Positions 46,773 through 60,014 of a DNA stretch of 64,000 nucleotides are shown here, piece after piece. Made by a program: the position numbers and the translations under genes. Location: the NCBI GenBank assembly GCA_964016885.1, contig OZ024744.1, forward strand, positions 50,592,001-50,656,000, written 5' to 3'. Each line of letters begins with the position of its first letter. Within the stretch, counting starts at the first letter, position 1. Origin of the DNA: Eledone cirrhosa. Its lineage: Eukaryota. The notes beneath the pieces were generated by a model. It was given only the letters and a program-made list of their open reading frames with translations, was not told the DNA's origin and did not search any database.

Positions 46773-47998
46773 GTGAGTTATTTAATTTCATACTACAGGT
46801 GAATGACTTGGGACAGTGGCTAGGCATTAAAACTTGACATCTCTCTATCAAATTATCTATCTACCTGTCTATTTGTCTATTTATCTATCTATTTATCTAC
46901 CCATCTGTCTATCTATTTACCTAACCTAGCTATCTCCCTGCCCAATCGTATGTCTGTCTATGTATTTCTCCTTCCATCTCATCATTTTCATTATCACCCA
47001 ATTGATTGTGTGAGGATTTCTATAATATTGGTTACCTTTGCATCTATTTATATAAGTATGCCATCTGTCAAAAAAGGCAATTATGTAAAATATGGAATGT
47101 AATGAACAAGATTAATTGTTCTGACCTGCCTGTTCTCAGACTGTAACAACCTGTCCAACCCATGCCAGTGCAGATAATAATGGTGTTTGGACTTTAGGAT
47201 TAACCTCCTCATTAACATATTTCTAATGAAAGACACTGTTTATAGTTTGAAAATAGTCAAGAATTTGGAAGGATTTAGTCAATTAATTAACTTTCTTTTT
47301 ATTAAGCCTTTCGTGACTGTATTTCTAGCGAGATACAGTCCATTTCAAGAAGAGTTTTGGGAGATTATTAATTATTTCATTACTATGGTAGTAACTTAAC
47401 ATAGTTCTTAAATAAAATTATGTAGGAAGATTTTAATTTAAATTGGATCCCTTTATAATGGGTGGTTTTGTTCCATAAAACCAGAACCAGTTTTAGCTCT
47501 GCTGTTACCAAAAGAGTTACACTGGTGTTTGGAACATAACATAACAAAAGTTCTTATATAAAATTGCAATAAGTTTTCAGATAAATATAAACACTTTAAC
47601 TCTTTTGTTTGCCTATTTTTTAATGAAAGACACTACCTATGTTGGTTTTTTTTTTTTTTATAATTTTGAAAATAACGAAAAATTTGGATTTATTTAGTAA
47701 TGTTAGAAATATAACTTAACTTAGTATTATCTTGGTGTTTGGAAGATAACCTGATGTAGGTTCTTGCATAAAATTATGATGGAAGGATTTTACATAAATA
47801 TAAATGTGGTATTATTCAAACAAGAACAACACTAACTGTAAGAAAATATGACAGCCTTAAATCACGATTTATGACTGAGACAAGGGGGACATACATATAC
47901 ATACTATAGTAAGGCAGGAATGTAATACATTGTGGGACAAGGAGTGGTTTGGTATCAAAAAGGTTAAACAGTAATTTTTAACAATTTCTTTGTCACAG

Positions 47999-48106
47999 AA
48001 TATTGTTGAGAATTTGGGTGGACAGACAACCCCTATCAAAGATGTTGAGAAACTACTTCAAGATATGGATATAACTAGATTGAGGGCTGTTGTATACAGA
48101 GATGTG
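47999..48106 (+). CDS. NBEA: Neurobeachin exon (...[18 protein letters not shown])
   Basis: AG/GT; phase 0-0. Confidence 0.94.
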
Positions 48107-48842
48107 GTGAGTATATGAGACTTTAGATTTATATGCATACAAATGTGCATGGTTACATATATGTATATGACAAAAAAAATCACCCTGTATGTTGATCTGG
48201 TGCCACAACAACAAAAGCACCCAGTCCATCATATAAGATGATCATTGTGGCACAACGAAAGGCACCCAGTCCACCCTGTTAGCTGGTCATTTTGGTACCA
48301 CGAAAAAAAAGAACCCAGTCCACACTGAAACATGGTTTTTTATAGTTGGATGCCCTTCCTAACACCAACCAAGCCAAAATACAGATCCATGGGTCACCTG
48401 ATCTGGCTTGTCTCATAACGACAAACCGTCTAACCCATGGAAGCATGGAAAAAGATGTTAAATGGTGTCGATGAGGAGGATGATACTTATAATGTTGAGA
48501 TGACCCTTGAGTCACAGCACAACCTCTCTCATATTCATGCCTCAATATAATACACTCTGTAGACTGTGAAGTGGTTGGTGATAAGAAGGGCATCCAGCTA
48601 TCTTGCCAAACAAATAGATGGGTGGACTTTTCAGTTGTTAAAGGCACAATGATTTGCCTAATGCTGACACTGATAAAATGCACCTAGTACACTCAAACAC
48701 CCAGCTGAGTGGTCACTGACCCTGATTAAATAACTGGCTTGGTCTGTGACAACAAGTCGAATCCTTGCTAACCTGGAAGAGAAAACAAACGTTAAATGAT
48801 ATTGTGGGTGATGATGATGATGATATATGTATATTTTTTCAG

Positions 48843-49011
48843 GATGAAACCAAACAAGCGCAGTTCTTAGCCCTTGCCATTGTCTACTTTACATCGGTGT
48901 TGATGGTTTCGAAGTACCGAGATATTTTAGAGCCACCAAGTCCTGCTTCAACCCCAACAATGGGCCCACACCGAGCAGCCATCCAGTCTCCAACATCAAA
49001 AGATGTGTCAG
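48843..49011 (+). CDS. NBEA: Neurobeachin exon ([30 protein letters not shown])
   Basis: AG/GT; phase 0-1; hallmark motif. Confidence 0.96.
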
Positions 49012-51348
49012 GTAAAACAACACAAAAACAATTTTTCTATATTTGTTCTTACATTTTATTAGAACAGAGATGCTGTAGTTTGTTGAAGTTGTGTATATTT
49101 GTATGAAGGTAGGGTCAGAAAGGAAATAATTTACATAGCTACTACCTCTCTTGACAAGTTTTCTCTCTACAAATGATAGCTTGGCTGTATGATACATGTG
49201 CGTGATGTGCGATGCTACATGGGGAGTAAATGCAGAGGATATGTGAAAGCTGGAGAGAAATGAAATGATCATGTTCCAGTGGATGTGCAATGTTAAGGTG
49301 CATGAATGAAACATGGATGAGCTGAGAGAAAAACTAGGTATAAGAGGAATCAGATGTAGTGTGCAAGAGAGAAGACTGTGCTGGTATCGACATGCAATGA
49401 ATATGGATGATGATCACTGGGTGAAGAGGTTCCAAGAAATCCTATTGGAAAGAAGCTGCAGTAGAGAAAGATCAAGGCAGACCTGGGTGGAGGTAGTGAT
49501 AGCTGATCTAAAATTTCTGAAGCTCACAGAGGAGATGACAAAGACTTGTCCAATCCATGTAAGCATGGGAAATTCAATGTAAAAAGGATGTTGGTATGTG
49601 TGCATCTAGTGGTTAATGTGGACATTTTTTTGCATTTTATTGAATTGATGGACAGGACAAAAAGTTGGTAAGACTGACAATGTATATAAAGTATGTGAAA
49701 TGTTGAATGATTTGCTCCAGAAATTTAGATAAGCCAAACAATCATTTCAGTCTTGATGTAGGTATGGTCTCAATCAAAATGTGGTTAGCAATAACACAAT
49801 AAAAGACAAACCAATGAAATGAAGAATAAAATCATTTGTGTCATGTGAGGGTGATACAGGATATATTCTCAATGTTGAAATATAAATTGGCAGAACAGAA
49901 ATTGTGGAGCAAAAATTAAGTGTAATAGGCAATACTGTTTGCATCTTTATCATGTCAGCTTGATGGCAAAGCCTATATACTAATAATGCATATGTACTAC
50001 AACTCTGATTCTGGCAGACCAGCCACTAAATACATTACATACAGGTGCAATGGGAACAGCAATAAAATTGTAAACATTATCCAAAGACTCTAAAAGGGAA
50101 AAAAAATTAGAAAGATGTGAAGAATTTCGTTTTCTCTGTTGCAGCAGTGTGACATGTATGATGTGGTAGGACTGGAAACTGATCCATTTTATTTCAAATC
50201 TTCACAGTTCTGATGATATAGTCACAACAAACAGGTGAAACAAAGACTGGTTTGTGATGGAAATTCCAGTATTGCAGTTTATCTGTTTGCAATACATTCA
50301 TGGGAGGATGCAACAAAAATGACACACTTTCATGAAAACAAAAACATTACTGATGGCCACACTGTCTTTTTATTGTGTATTTTTCTTTATGTGCGTTTGC
50401 TTCAATGCCTAACACCAAACAAACAGGCAAATACCTCTTATGATTCATCCTGGAAATTTGTCTATCAGTCATTGATGATTATCACATATCAGCTCAGGTA
50501 AACATCAGAAACTTTGTGAACTGTGTCTTCTAACAGGTCCCCCATCATCCTGTTATTCCAGAAGACACATCAGCAAATCATGTGTTTGTTGCCTGCAGTA
50601 AAAAGTCTCTAAAGTTAAAAAAAACAACAACCCTGGTGTATAAAGAAAATCCTTACAGTTTGATGCACACTGTATAAAAATATATGTGCATCAAATGAGG
50701 ATCTGCATATTGTCATGTTGTTTTCAATAAGTCTCTTTATATTTTTGACATGTTCATATTAAAGAGTATTTGGCTGGGAAACTTGGGTGTAGATATTGGG
50801 TTATCTTGGCCAGTAATATACAAACTTACTCAAAAGTATCTAAAAACTATAAAACAGCAATTGTAATTAATGTAAGTTTTTCCAGTATTTTCATTCTATT
50901 CAGTAGTATCAAGTGGTATGGAGGTGGTTCAGGGTCTGAGAACACCAGAAATATCCACTGCTAATTGTTCAACAACAAAACTATCAGAAAGTAGCTGATA
51001 CTTCAAGTTTGTGATCTTCACCTTGTCAGGCAATAAAACCTGAGTCTGTTGCTGAATTCACCAAGTTTCTGCTGGAGAAAATGTTCCTATATGTCATGTT
51101 CCAGATGAGGGGCTTATTACTGCAGAATGGGAAGAATGTGATGCCATTTGACCTTTTGCCATCCCTTCAGTTAAAGAAATGAGTGGGAGCCAGCAATATT
51201 ATTCAATGTTATCAGCTCTCTTTGAACATACTTATTTAACAGGAAGAATGATTGATATATATATATATATATATATATATTTTAAAGGAACATTTCATAA
51301 TTAAAAACTCCTGCGTCAAAGGTCAACATTTTACCAGCATTATATAGA

Positions 51349-51788
51349 TGTAGTAGTCCTATTATAATCACCAGTTTAGCAGAGTCATAGAAGTAATAGT
51401 TATAGCGCCATGAGTAACCAGTTTGGTAGAAAGATATAATAGGAATATCGACAACGACTTTAGCATGTTTTACATTATTTATTAACAAAGGTTGAGCTGA
51501 GTAGAGCTGGCAAGCCAAACAAATGAAACAAACGAACTAAGATTTCAGAAGTCATGGTCTACTGGCTGAAGTGTTGCCAGGCCATGGCTCGTGATTTCAC
51601 GGCGAAAGAACAGTAGTTGTTTACCTTAGCGCGGTTGAGCTGCAAGAGAGATTTTTTTTGAGCTAACGCGGGAATTTTTCCTGCAGGGCGCGTAGAAATA
51701 CATTCTCCTCCGCTGGCAGTCATTGGCTGGGCTGAGCCAAATAACGCACGGAGAATGTATATGAGCCTGCGGAAAGTAGGTTACTACA
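51349..51788 (-). mobile_element. Solo-LTR-like relative of the CsRn1-like LTR family
   Basis: Reverse complement starts TGTAGTAACCTACTTTCCGCAGGCTCA, like the 41796 LTR, and ends ..CTACTACA; no matching TSD seen. Confidence 0.65.
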
Positions 51789-52600
51789 CTTATTATGAAA
51801 GATGTTGAAGTAGATAATTTGTCCTTCATAATATGGTAGGGTGTGATTTGAGAGGGTTGTGATTGGCATTTCTGTCTGGTCAAGTTCCTCCCTTGGGTCA
51901 TTGTGTTCATAGCTTCAATGTCTTCAGTAATGCTGCCATGATAACACATACCCAGTACATCTTTTAAGGTATTTGGTGATAAGAAGGGCATCCACCTGTA
52001 GAAACCATGCTTAAAAAGGGACAAACAGAATTTTCAGTTGTTAAGAACTTGACAACCTTATAACAATTTACTGGTGTGTATGAATATAACAAGAGACGTG
52101 GTTTGTGTGTATAAAGTTTAATCAACAATTTGCAGTTATTTAGAACAGTATAGTTGACATGTCAATGAATAGATGAAAGAATAAAGCAAAGTTATTAGTT
52201 ACCGTTTGGTTCCCAGGTGAATGTGTCTGGCCGAAGGCCAGGAGCCGTAAGGCAAATGAGAGATAGGGAGCTGAAAGTTATTCCCTTTATAGATGCTGGA
52301 ACGGAAGTGACAGAAAGGGTTCTGCCACCAACGGGAAGTAACTCCAACTACTTCCTGTCTAGAGAGCGTTAATCTATTAGTGATGCGAGTGTCACAACAA
52401 GGGAGGCAACTCCTGCTACAACCTCTACACAATAAAATGCACCCAGTTCTGTAAAGTGATTGGTTATAGTAAGGACATTCAGCTGTAGAAAACCTACATA
52501 ATAATCAGGGAAAACAGATGTTAATTAATAATAATGATGTGAATAGTATTTCATTTATTGTGTTTTTGCTTTTCTTTCTTCCTTCCTTTCTGGCTCCCAG

Positions 52601-52717
52601 GAAACGAGACGGATGAAGAATTTATCACCATGAAAGACGATGATGAAGAAGAAGCAAAAACAAAGACAGAAGAAGGCAAAGTTTCTGTAACGTCCGATGT
52701 TGAAAGTAAACCTCCAG
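52601..52717 (+). CDS. NBEA: Neurobeachin acidic exon (NETDEEFITMKDDDEEE...), phase 1-1
   Basis: Strong polypyrimidine tract + CAG, GTAGGT donor, frame-compatible; no conserved motif. Confidence 0.75.
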
Positions 52718-52729
52718 GTAGGTAGATTG

Positions 52730-53075
52730 TCACCACCGCCACCACCACCACTACTGAAACCATCACAACCAACAACACCACTGCCACCATCACCATCAAA
52801 ACAGCCACCAACAAAACCACCACCAACACTGTCACTACTTCCACTGCTACCACTGCCACCAATATCATTACCACCATTACTTTCATCGTCATCTTCACTA
52901 CCACTGTCATCACCATCATCACAACCACCAAAACCACCGCCACAACCATCATCACCGCCATAACCATCATCACCACTCCAACCATCACTACCACAACCAC
53001 CCCTACCACCACAACTACCACGACAACCACCACCACCACAATCGCTACCACCACCACTACCAGCCCCGTCATCAT
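52730..53075 (+). repeat. (ACC/CAT)n-rich low-complexity repeat
   Basis: Imperfect triplet repeat. Confidence 0.9.
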
Positions 53076-53399
53076 TTAAGTAATGTGAATATTTAAAAAT
53101 TATCCATCTCGGTGTTTTACTGCCAGATGCCCTAGCTGGTGGCAACTCATTTAGTCACCTCTTACGACAGTTAGATATACATTGTACCTATTCTAAACTG
53201 GGTACATAGACTAGTTTTTATATAGCAAGCGCTTTGTGGCAATTCAACTTGCTAAAGCCAGGATTAGCCTTTTGGGTGGTGAGGTGGGTGGGGTGGGAGC
53301 TATGATGGGCTTCATACTCATCGTGGGATCATTTTTGAGGTTTTACTGTCAGGTGCCCTTTTCACCATCTCTTTAAATCATCTCTTACAACATGTAAAT

Positions 53400-54620
53400 A
53401 TCTGATGTAACTATTTTAAACCAGATGCTCATGGGTAGGTATTGTTAATAACAGAAGGTATGGATGTATTGAAGGAGTAGATGGATAAGTTGGAAGGAAT
53501 GTATGGAGGCAAAAAGGTATAAAGGTAAATATTAAAAAGACAAAGGTGATGCTAAGTAAAGCATTTGCTCAGATGGAAACAACAGAATGGTAGACATATG
53601 CAGTGTTGGAGTGAACTCTTATTAAATGTATGATTTACACCCGGTGGTTACAACGAAAAAGTAGCTCTGTGAAGGGATTATTAAATAATGTGGCAGATTT
53701 ATGTATAACATGTATATTGGGGGAATGGGGCTACAGAGGTAGGGGATGTTGGAAATGGTGTGAAAATGTTGTTACCTTGGAAACACTGAATGGTGAGGGT
53801 GGATCAGATTCTGTGACAGTATCTAGAGTGAGATGTACATGGAAGTCATTCTGAGAACTGATTGGTGTGTTAACGAGGATGGGACTATCGCTGGAACTGA
53901 AGGGAAAGGTGTATGCTGCATGTTTGAGTAATGCTATGATTTATGGGAAGTAAAACATGGCAACATCAGTGATGAACATGGAGCAGCAGAGGAGGCTGGA
54001 AAGGTGTATACTACATGTGTAAGAAATGCCATGATTTATGGGAGTGAGACATGGAGCAGCAGAAAGGCTAGAAAGAATGGCAAAGGTGTATACTACATGT
54101 GTAAGAAATGCCATGATTTATGGCAGTGAGACATGTGTGATGAATGTGGGGCAGCAGAGAGGGCTGGAAAGAATGGAAACGAGAATAGTTTGATGGAAGA
54201 GTGGAATATTGCTGAAATAAAACAATAAGTTGCAGAGGATGGTAGGAATGAAATCAGTGATGAATGTTGTGAAGAGAAATAGAATAAGATGGTTGGGTCA
54301 TGTGTTGAGGAAAGATGAAAGTGACTAGGTGATGAGATAGTCAGTGATGAATGTTGTGAAGAGAAATGGAATGAGATGGTTGGGTCATGTGTTGAGGAAA
54401 GATGAAAGTGATTGAGTGATGAATGTTGTGAAGAGAAATGGAATGAGATGGTTGAGGAAGAATGAATGTGACTGGGTGAGAACTGTGATGGAAATGAATG
54501 TGGAAAAATGTAGTGGAAGCGGAATACCAAGACATGGCATAAATGATAGGGGAAGAAATGAAATTTGTTGAGGTTGGATACAAATGATAAGGAAAAAAGA
54601 GATTATCATGGGGCCTTGTA
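53400..54620 (+). mobile_element. Degenerate RTE fragment with internal tandem duplications
   Basis: AAGGTGTAT..CATGTGTAAGAAATGCCATG repeated; TGATGAATGTTGTGAAGAGAAAT x3. Confidence 0.65.
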
Positions 54621-54711
54621 AGACTGGCCCTTGTTTTAGCAGGGAAGATGGCCTTAAAATGCTTGCTGGTATTGTTTTCATTTAATTTTTTCATTTGTAT
54701 TTCTTATACAG

Positions 54712-55875
54712 AGAATTTACCATTGAAGACTCTTGTAATGAAAACAGAGGAGACAGAAAAGACTGAAAACTCCAAGACACCTGGAGTGGGGCTAAAGTTG
54801 GATAGCTCAGCAAATGACACAGTCAAAGTTGGAAAAAATGATATAGTATCTTCTCCAAAAGACACTGATTCCATGACAAAAACTTGTGAGAAACCTGCAG
54901 AGGGGGTTGTGGATGAGAAATCTACCACAACTAGTGGCAGCAGTGGTGATGGAGATGTGGGTCAGGGCAAGGATGACAAGACGCTGTTGACTGAAAAAGA
55001 GAAAACTGAAACCAGTAGCAGCACAACTCAACAACAAAAGACAGCTGAAGGTAGTACCGCAGGAGAAAATATTCCTGTGCAATCTGCTCAACAGCCAGCC
55101 CATAATTCCTCAAGTGCAAGTGAGGATAGTAACATTCTCAGTGGTGATGGTGGTAATGGTGGTGCTAATGTTGCCATCCCTGGAAGCACAGAAACAACCC
55201 CTTCTGATTCATCTGTGTCAACTTTAGAACAAAAGGCTGCTTCTACTGATGACACGACAGCAGCAGTAACAACACCACCAACTACTGACACTGCAGCAGC
55301 AGTAATATCAACTACAACCGCTGCAGTTCCTGACAGTGGATCAACAATAGCAACAACAGCCACAGCTGGAAGTGGGACTACTACTACTACACCTTCGACC
55401 ACCACCACTGATGTAAAAATTGAGATATCACCATCATCATCATCAACAACAGCAACAGCTGAAGGCGGTGACCATCATGAACGCAATGGCACCTGTGAAA
55501 TCAAAACAAGCAGAGATGTTTTGCAAGAAGGAGAGGGCAGAGTTGATGAAGGCCGGCAGCAAAAGGAAGAAGGTATATCTTCAATAAAGCTCGACGAGCA
55601 ACCAAATAACGTTTCAGGGATGCCAACTACTGATGATACCATGGGGGCCTCTGTCGTGAAACCACCCGAAAATTTGCAACTTGCTGCTACAAACATACCA
55701 GCCACCTTTGACAACCTACCCTTGCCAAGTGAGGGCAATTCAAGCTCACTCACCGATCGCCTAGAGCGAGCCCTAGGCTCATCAGCTCCCCTTCTGAGAG
55801 AGATCTTCGTGGACTTTGCACCATTCCTTTCAAAGACTTTGATCGGTTCCCATGGACAGGAATTGCTGGTTGGGG
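54712..55875 (+). CDS. NBEA: Neurobeachin large Thr/Ser-rich exon (1164 nt)
   Basis: AG/GT; phase 1-1; ends in conserved [33 protein letters not shown]. Confidence 0.93.
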
Positions 55876-55929
55876 GTAAGTAAATTTTTCCATTCAACTC
55901 TTTACATTTTATTCATTTGGAAGCCATTT

Positions 55930-56465
55930 AAGGTGGTTGGTATTAGGAAGGGCATCCGACCATAAAAAAAAATTGCTAAACAAAGGATCACAAGAAACGA
56001 CACCCTCTCTATTGCTGGTGCCATGATAAAATGTACCAAGTACACCCTGTAATGTGATTGGTGTTAGACGGAGCATCCTGCCAGAAAAGCCCCATAAAAC
56101 AAATGGCTAAGAGAACTCTTCAGTTGTGTCAAAGACATGACAGCTTCTCTAGTATTGGTGCTATGAGAAAATGAACCCTGTACACCCTCTAAGGTGGTTG
56201 GTGATAAGAGCTTCCAGCTATAGAAAGATTTGCTGGATAACCTCTCTAGCGCTGCTATCACAATAAAATACAGCCACTAAATGCTGTAAAGTTGTTGGTT
56301 ATATGGACATCCAGCTATGGAAAGCTTGCCAAAGAAAGAGTAGAGAGGGCTCTTCAGTTGTGTGAAAGATATAATAACCTCTCTAGTGCTGATGCTATAA
56401 TAAAATGCATGGTGTACATTCTGTAAAGTGGCTGGTGATAGGAAGGGCAACCAGTCATCGAAAAC
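55930..56465 (+). repeat. Second tandem array of the RTE/SINE-tail-derived unit
   Basis: About 5 diverged units like those at 44335-44930. Confidence 0.7.
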
Positions 56466-56893
56466 TTCTTTTTCTTTCACCAATTGGGTCTTGTTGCACT
56501 CAAGGTTCATCTGAGATAGAATTAATCATTTTTCTTTGCTCTCCTGATATAGTCAGATATAAACAAACATTGTGTGTAGAGCTTGAATTTTCAAACCTAG
56601 TAAGCACCGAGGAAATAAATTTATAAGATATAGGTAGCTCAGATACAGAGAATAACTGCAATTACAGTCAGATGTTATAAAATAACTTACAAAAATCAGG
56701 TAAAGATCCCTACAGATGGAAAAATGTTGGCCTGGTTTTCATAAGCTATTTTATAGCAAGTGACTAATTGCATTTTTTTTCTGCATTTCAGCTGCCTACA
56801 TCCTTTTTTTTTTCTTTTTTTAACAGACCTTGTACATGTGAGATTTTAATGTTTTCTCATAATTTTCTTCTCTTTTGTTTTCTTGTTATTCAG

Positions 56894-57020
56894 GTCTTGT
56901 TACACTGAAGCAGAGTTCATCTGTTGTAGAATTAGTCATGCTACTTTGTTCACAGGAGTGGCAAAACTCGCTCCAGAAACATGCTGGACTGGCATTTATC
57001 GAGCTAGTCAACGAAGGAAG
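56894..57020 (+). CDS. NBEA: Neurobeachin exon ([35 protein letters not shown])
   Basis: AG/GT; phase 1-2; highly conserved NBEA/LRBA motif upstream of DUF1088/PH-BEACH. Confidence 0.96.
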
Positions 57021-58139
57021 GTAAGCTACCATTTTTCTCTTAGCAAGTATATGTAGCAGTAATATTAGAGGTCACCATCACCAATTTATGTAGTGGTAAT
57101 ATGTTCAACAAGTTAGCAAATTTTGTAGTAGTGAGAAACATGGGGGTCACCATGCAATGTGTGCAAGAGAAGAATATCAGAAGGCTTAAATAACAAGCAA
57201 GAAGAACAGCGTACAAATAAGAATTCTTTTTAATTCTTCTTCATAAAATAAAGGCATGTAGCTTAGTGGTTAGAGAATTGGATTTGCAGTTGTGAGGCTT
57301 GCTTAGGGACATAATATAGCGCCTGTTATTTCACGTTGCTCTTTCTGCCAGGAGTTGCAACCAGTAGATATTATCAGAAATGGAAAGATTACTAGAAACA
57401 TTGTTTCTTTGGTGTGATTTGACAAGTTTCCCCCTGCCCCCATACGGTAAGCGAATGAAGTTTGGAATCTTGTCGATCGATTCAATCAATTGATAAAGTT
57501 AATGTGAAATTATTGTACAGACAAAGTAATCTAAACTATAATAAAGGAAGGTCTGCGGGACTGCGTACGGTTTATTTCTGTTAATCCAGTTAGTAAAATA
57601 AGTTGGATTACTTTAAATAAATAATGAATGAATATTACATAATTTAGGTACTAAATTTTGTAAACATAAATAATTTAAAATTGACTCCTTTTCAAAGTTG
57701 CACTTCCGGTATATCGTTGCCACCACCATCACTTCAACTATCATATATATAGAAAGAGAGAGTGTGTGATGAGAGATATAGAGAGATTATGATTTTCTAC
57801 ACGTTGACGCGTATGAGTGTGCACATACGTACTTCTATATGTATGAGTATATAACTATAATCGCGCAAACACAAACATAAAAATAGACGCTGACGTACAT
57901 AATTCACACAAATACACTTACATTCACACATACATACATTCACACATACTTTCACACAAATATACATACATTCACACAAACATACATACATTCACACATA
58001 GTCATGATAGCAGTGTTCGGTGAAATTAGAAATCGGAGGGTAAAACAAGTATTACGTTTTATTTATTTATTAACTCTTTTTTTTTAAACTCATTTAATAT
58101 AATGGTTACAGAACGAAAACACTAACAAATATAATATAT

Positions 58140-58676
58140 ACAAAGTAGGTAGACCCAGAAAAACCTGGGACGATTTGATAAATTCCGACCTTACACACTT
58201 GCACCTCTCTAAGACAATGTCACTGGACCAAGACCTTTGGCACTATGCAGTAGTACAGAAGACCCGCCTTGCCTAAGTACAAAGCGAAACCTACAGTCAG
58301 TAGGCTCCTCTTAATCAAATATACACCCCCATCCCACTACCCCTACCCCATCCTCCCACTCCCACCAACACCACCCTTTCTTTGTAAAGTTATGTTGGTA
58401 CCACAACATCCAGTCCTAAATAAATGAGGTTGTGTAGGTGTCACAACAAAAAAACACAGTTGACGCTGTAATGTGGCCGTGTAGGTAACACGGTAAAAAC
58501 CTCCCAGTCAACACTGTGAACGTGGTTGGTGTTAGGAAGGGCATCCAGCCGTAGAAAACCGCCAGACAGTCCTATACGAGTGAGACATGGTCATCCGACC
58601 AATCTTGCCTCAAGTGGGACAATTCCCGTCTAAACCCATGCTAGCGTGGAAGATAGACGTTAAACGATGATGATGA
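58140..58676 (+). mobile_element. RTE 3' end and 3'UTR
   Basis: GRPRKTW remnant; near-identical to 31735-32163; (GAT)n tail. Confidence 0.8.
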
Positions 58677-58704
58677 AAGAAAAGGGAAAGGAAAAAAAGA
58701 AAGA

Positions 58705-59090
58705 AATAATGCTGGAACAACCAAATGCTCTCACGAGCATCACCAGTTACCTCTGTTAGGCGAGACTCCAGTAAAGTTAAGAACCTCGCTGTCAGTTGCC
58801 TGACTCCCCCAAATGTCTCAAACGCCACAGGCTGGATAATGTAGTTAGCTGACAGAACACAGTATTTTAGGATTTTGTTCCGTTCAGCTGCGGATGCTGT
58901 AGCTCTCACCCTTACCTCTGCATCCAGAATCTGGGAAGAAGCAAAAGAGTCACTAACTGTGACGTCCCAGGTAAGGCACCTGCCTCTTGACCAGGAGCAC
59001 AGAGTAAGACCGTCAAGTCTTTTCCCATCAATTCTGGACAACCCAGACGGTTCCAAAATTGAGGGGATGTTTGCCCGGACCAAAGTTCTT
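58705..59090 (-). mobile_element. CRE-like non-LTR retrotransposon fragment (restriction-like endonuclease domain)
   Basis: EPSGLSRIDGKRLDGLTL..W..G..LTWDVTV.DS..PVAFETFG. Confidence 0.75.
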
Positions 59091-59289
59091 GAGTAGTAAT
59101 AGGACAGTGCGTGTATGTGCGCGCGTGAGTTTGTCAGTGTTCTTAAATTAGAGACACGTGTGTGTGGGTCACTGTTTTTAAGTTAGACATATATGTGTGT
59201 ATCCCTTTCCTTCCTTTTACACACACATACATTCACACAAACACACATACACATTGTGTGATGGACGGGTGGACAGAAGTCCCTCACAT

Positions 59290-59935
59290 TTATATACATG
59301 TGCATGGAGTTCTACTGAAGCAGTTAGAGAAGTTCAAGTATCTTGGAGCCGAGTTCATGAGTGATGGAATGCAGGAGGCTGAATTAAGTGTAAGAATTGC
59401 AAAAGCTGATGCAGTAAAGCGCCAGCTTCAGCAATCAGATAAGGGGGGAAGTGTAAAAGCCAAACTCGCTGTCTTCCTGGTATTCCTGCCAACCCTTACC
59501 GAGGATCATGAATCTTGAGTAATGACCAAAAGAATACAATTGCAAATAAAAGTGGCAGAAATGGGATTCTTCCGAAGGGTTTTTGGAGTAACGTTACTCG
59601 ATAAAGTGCATAGCTCAGAGATCAGAGAGTCACACCTGGTAGAGCCGCTACTTCTCTGGATTTAGAGATCACTACTCCGATATTATGAGCATGTGGTCAG
59701 AATGTCTCAGTAAAGAATCGCTGGACACATTTTACAGGCAAAACCAACCGGCAGGAGATCCAGAGGTAGACCCTGAGCAAGATAGTTGGATAACATCCAT
59801 CAGCTTGGCTGGTCACGCTTTGGGATCCAGCTGGATCAGTTAGAAATGTTTGCTACTGACAGACTCACTGGAAGGGGTGTTTGAGAAGGACTCTGCCCCC
59901 ATGACCCTCTCAGAAATAAGTGGGTGAAGAAGAAG
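59290..59935 (+). mobile_element. RTE LINE 3' fragment (another family)
   Basis: LEKFKYLG..AEMGFFRRV..RGRP; (GAA)n tail. Confidence 0.75.
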
Positions 59936-60014
59936 ATATTGTCAATTTACTTTTTAATTTACATATATCTATATGCATATATATTTGCATAAAATACCAA
60001 TATGCACACTACAT

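Noticed and set aside
52551-53145. Val-rich and Gly-rich minus-strand ORFs
   Set aside because: Translations of an (ACC/CAT)n repeat antisense to an NBEA exon and intron
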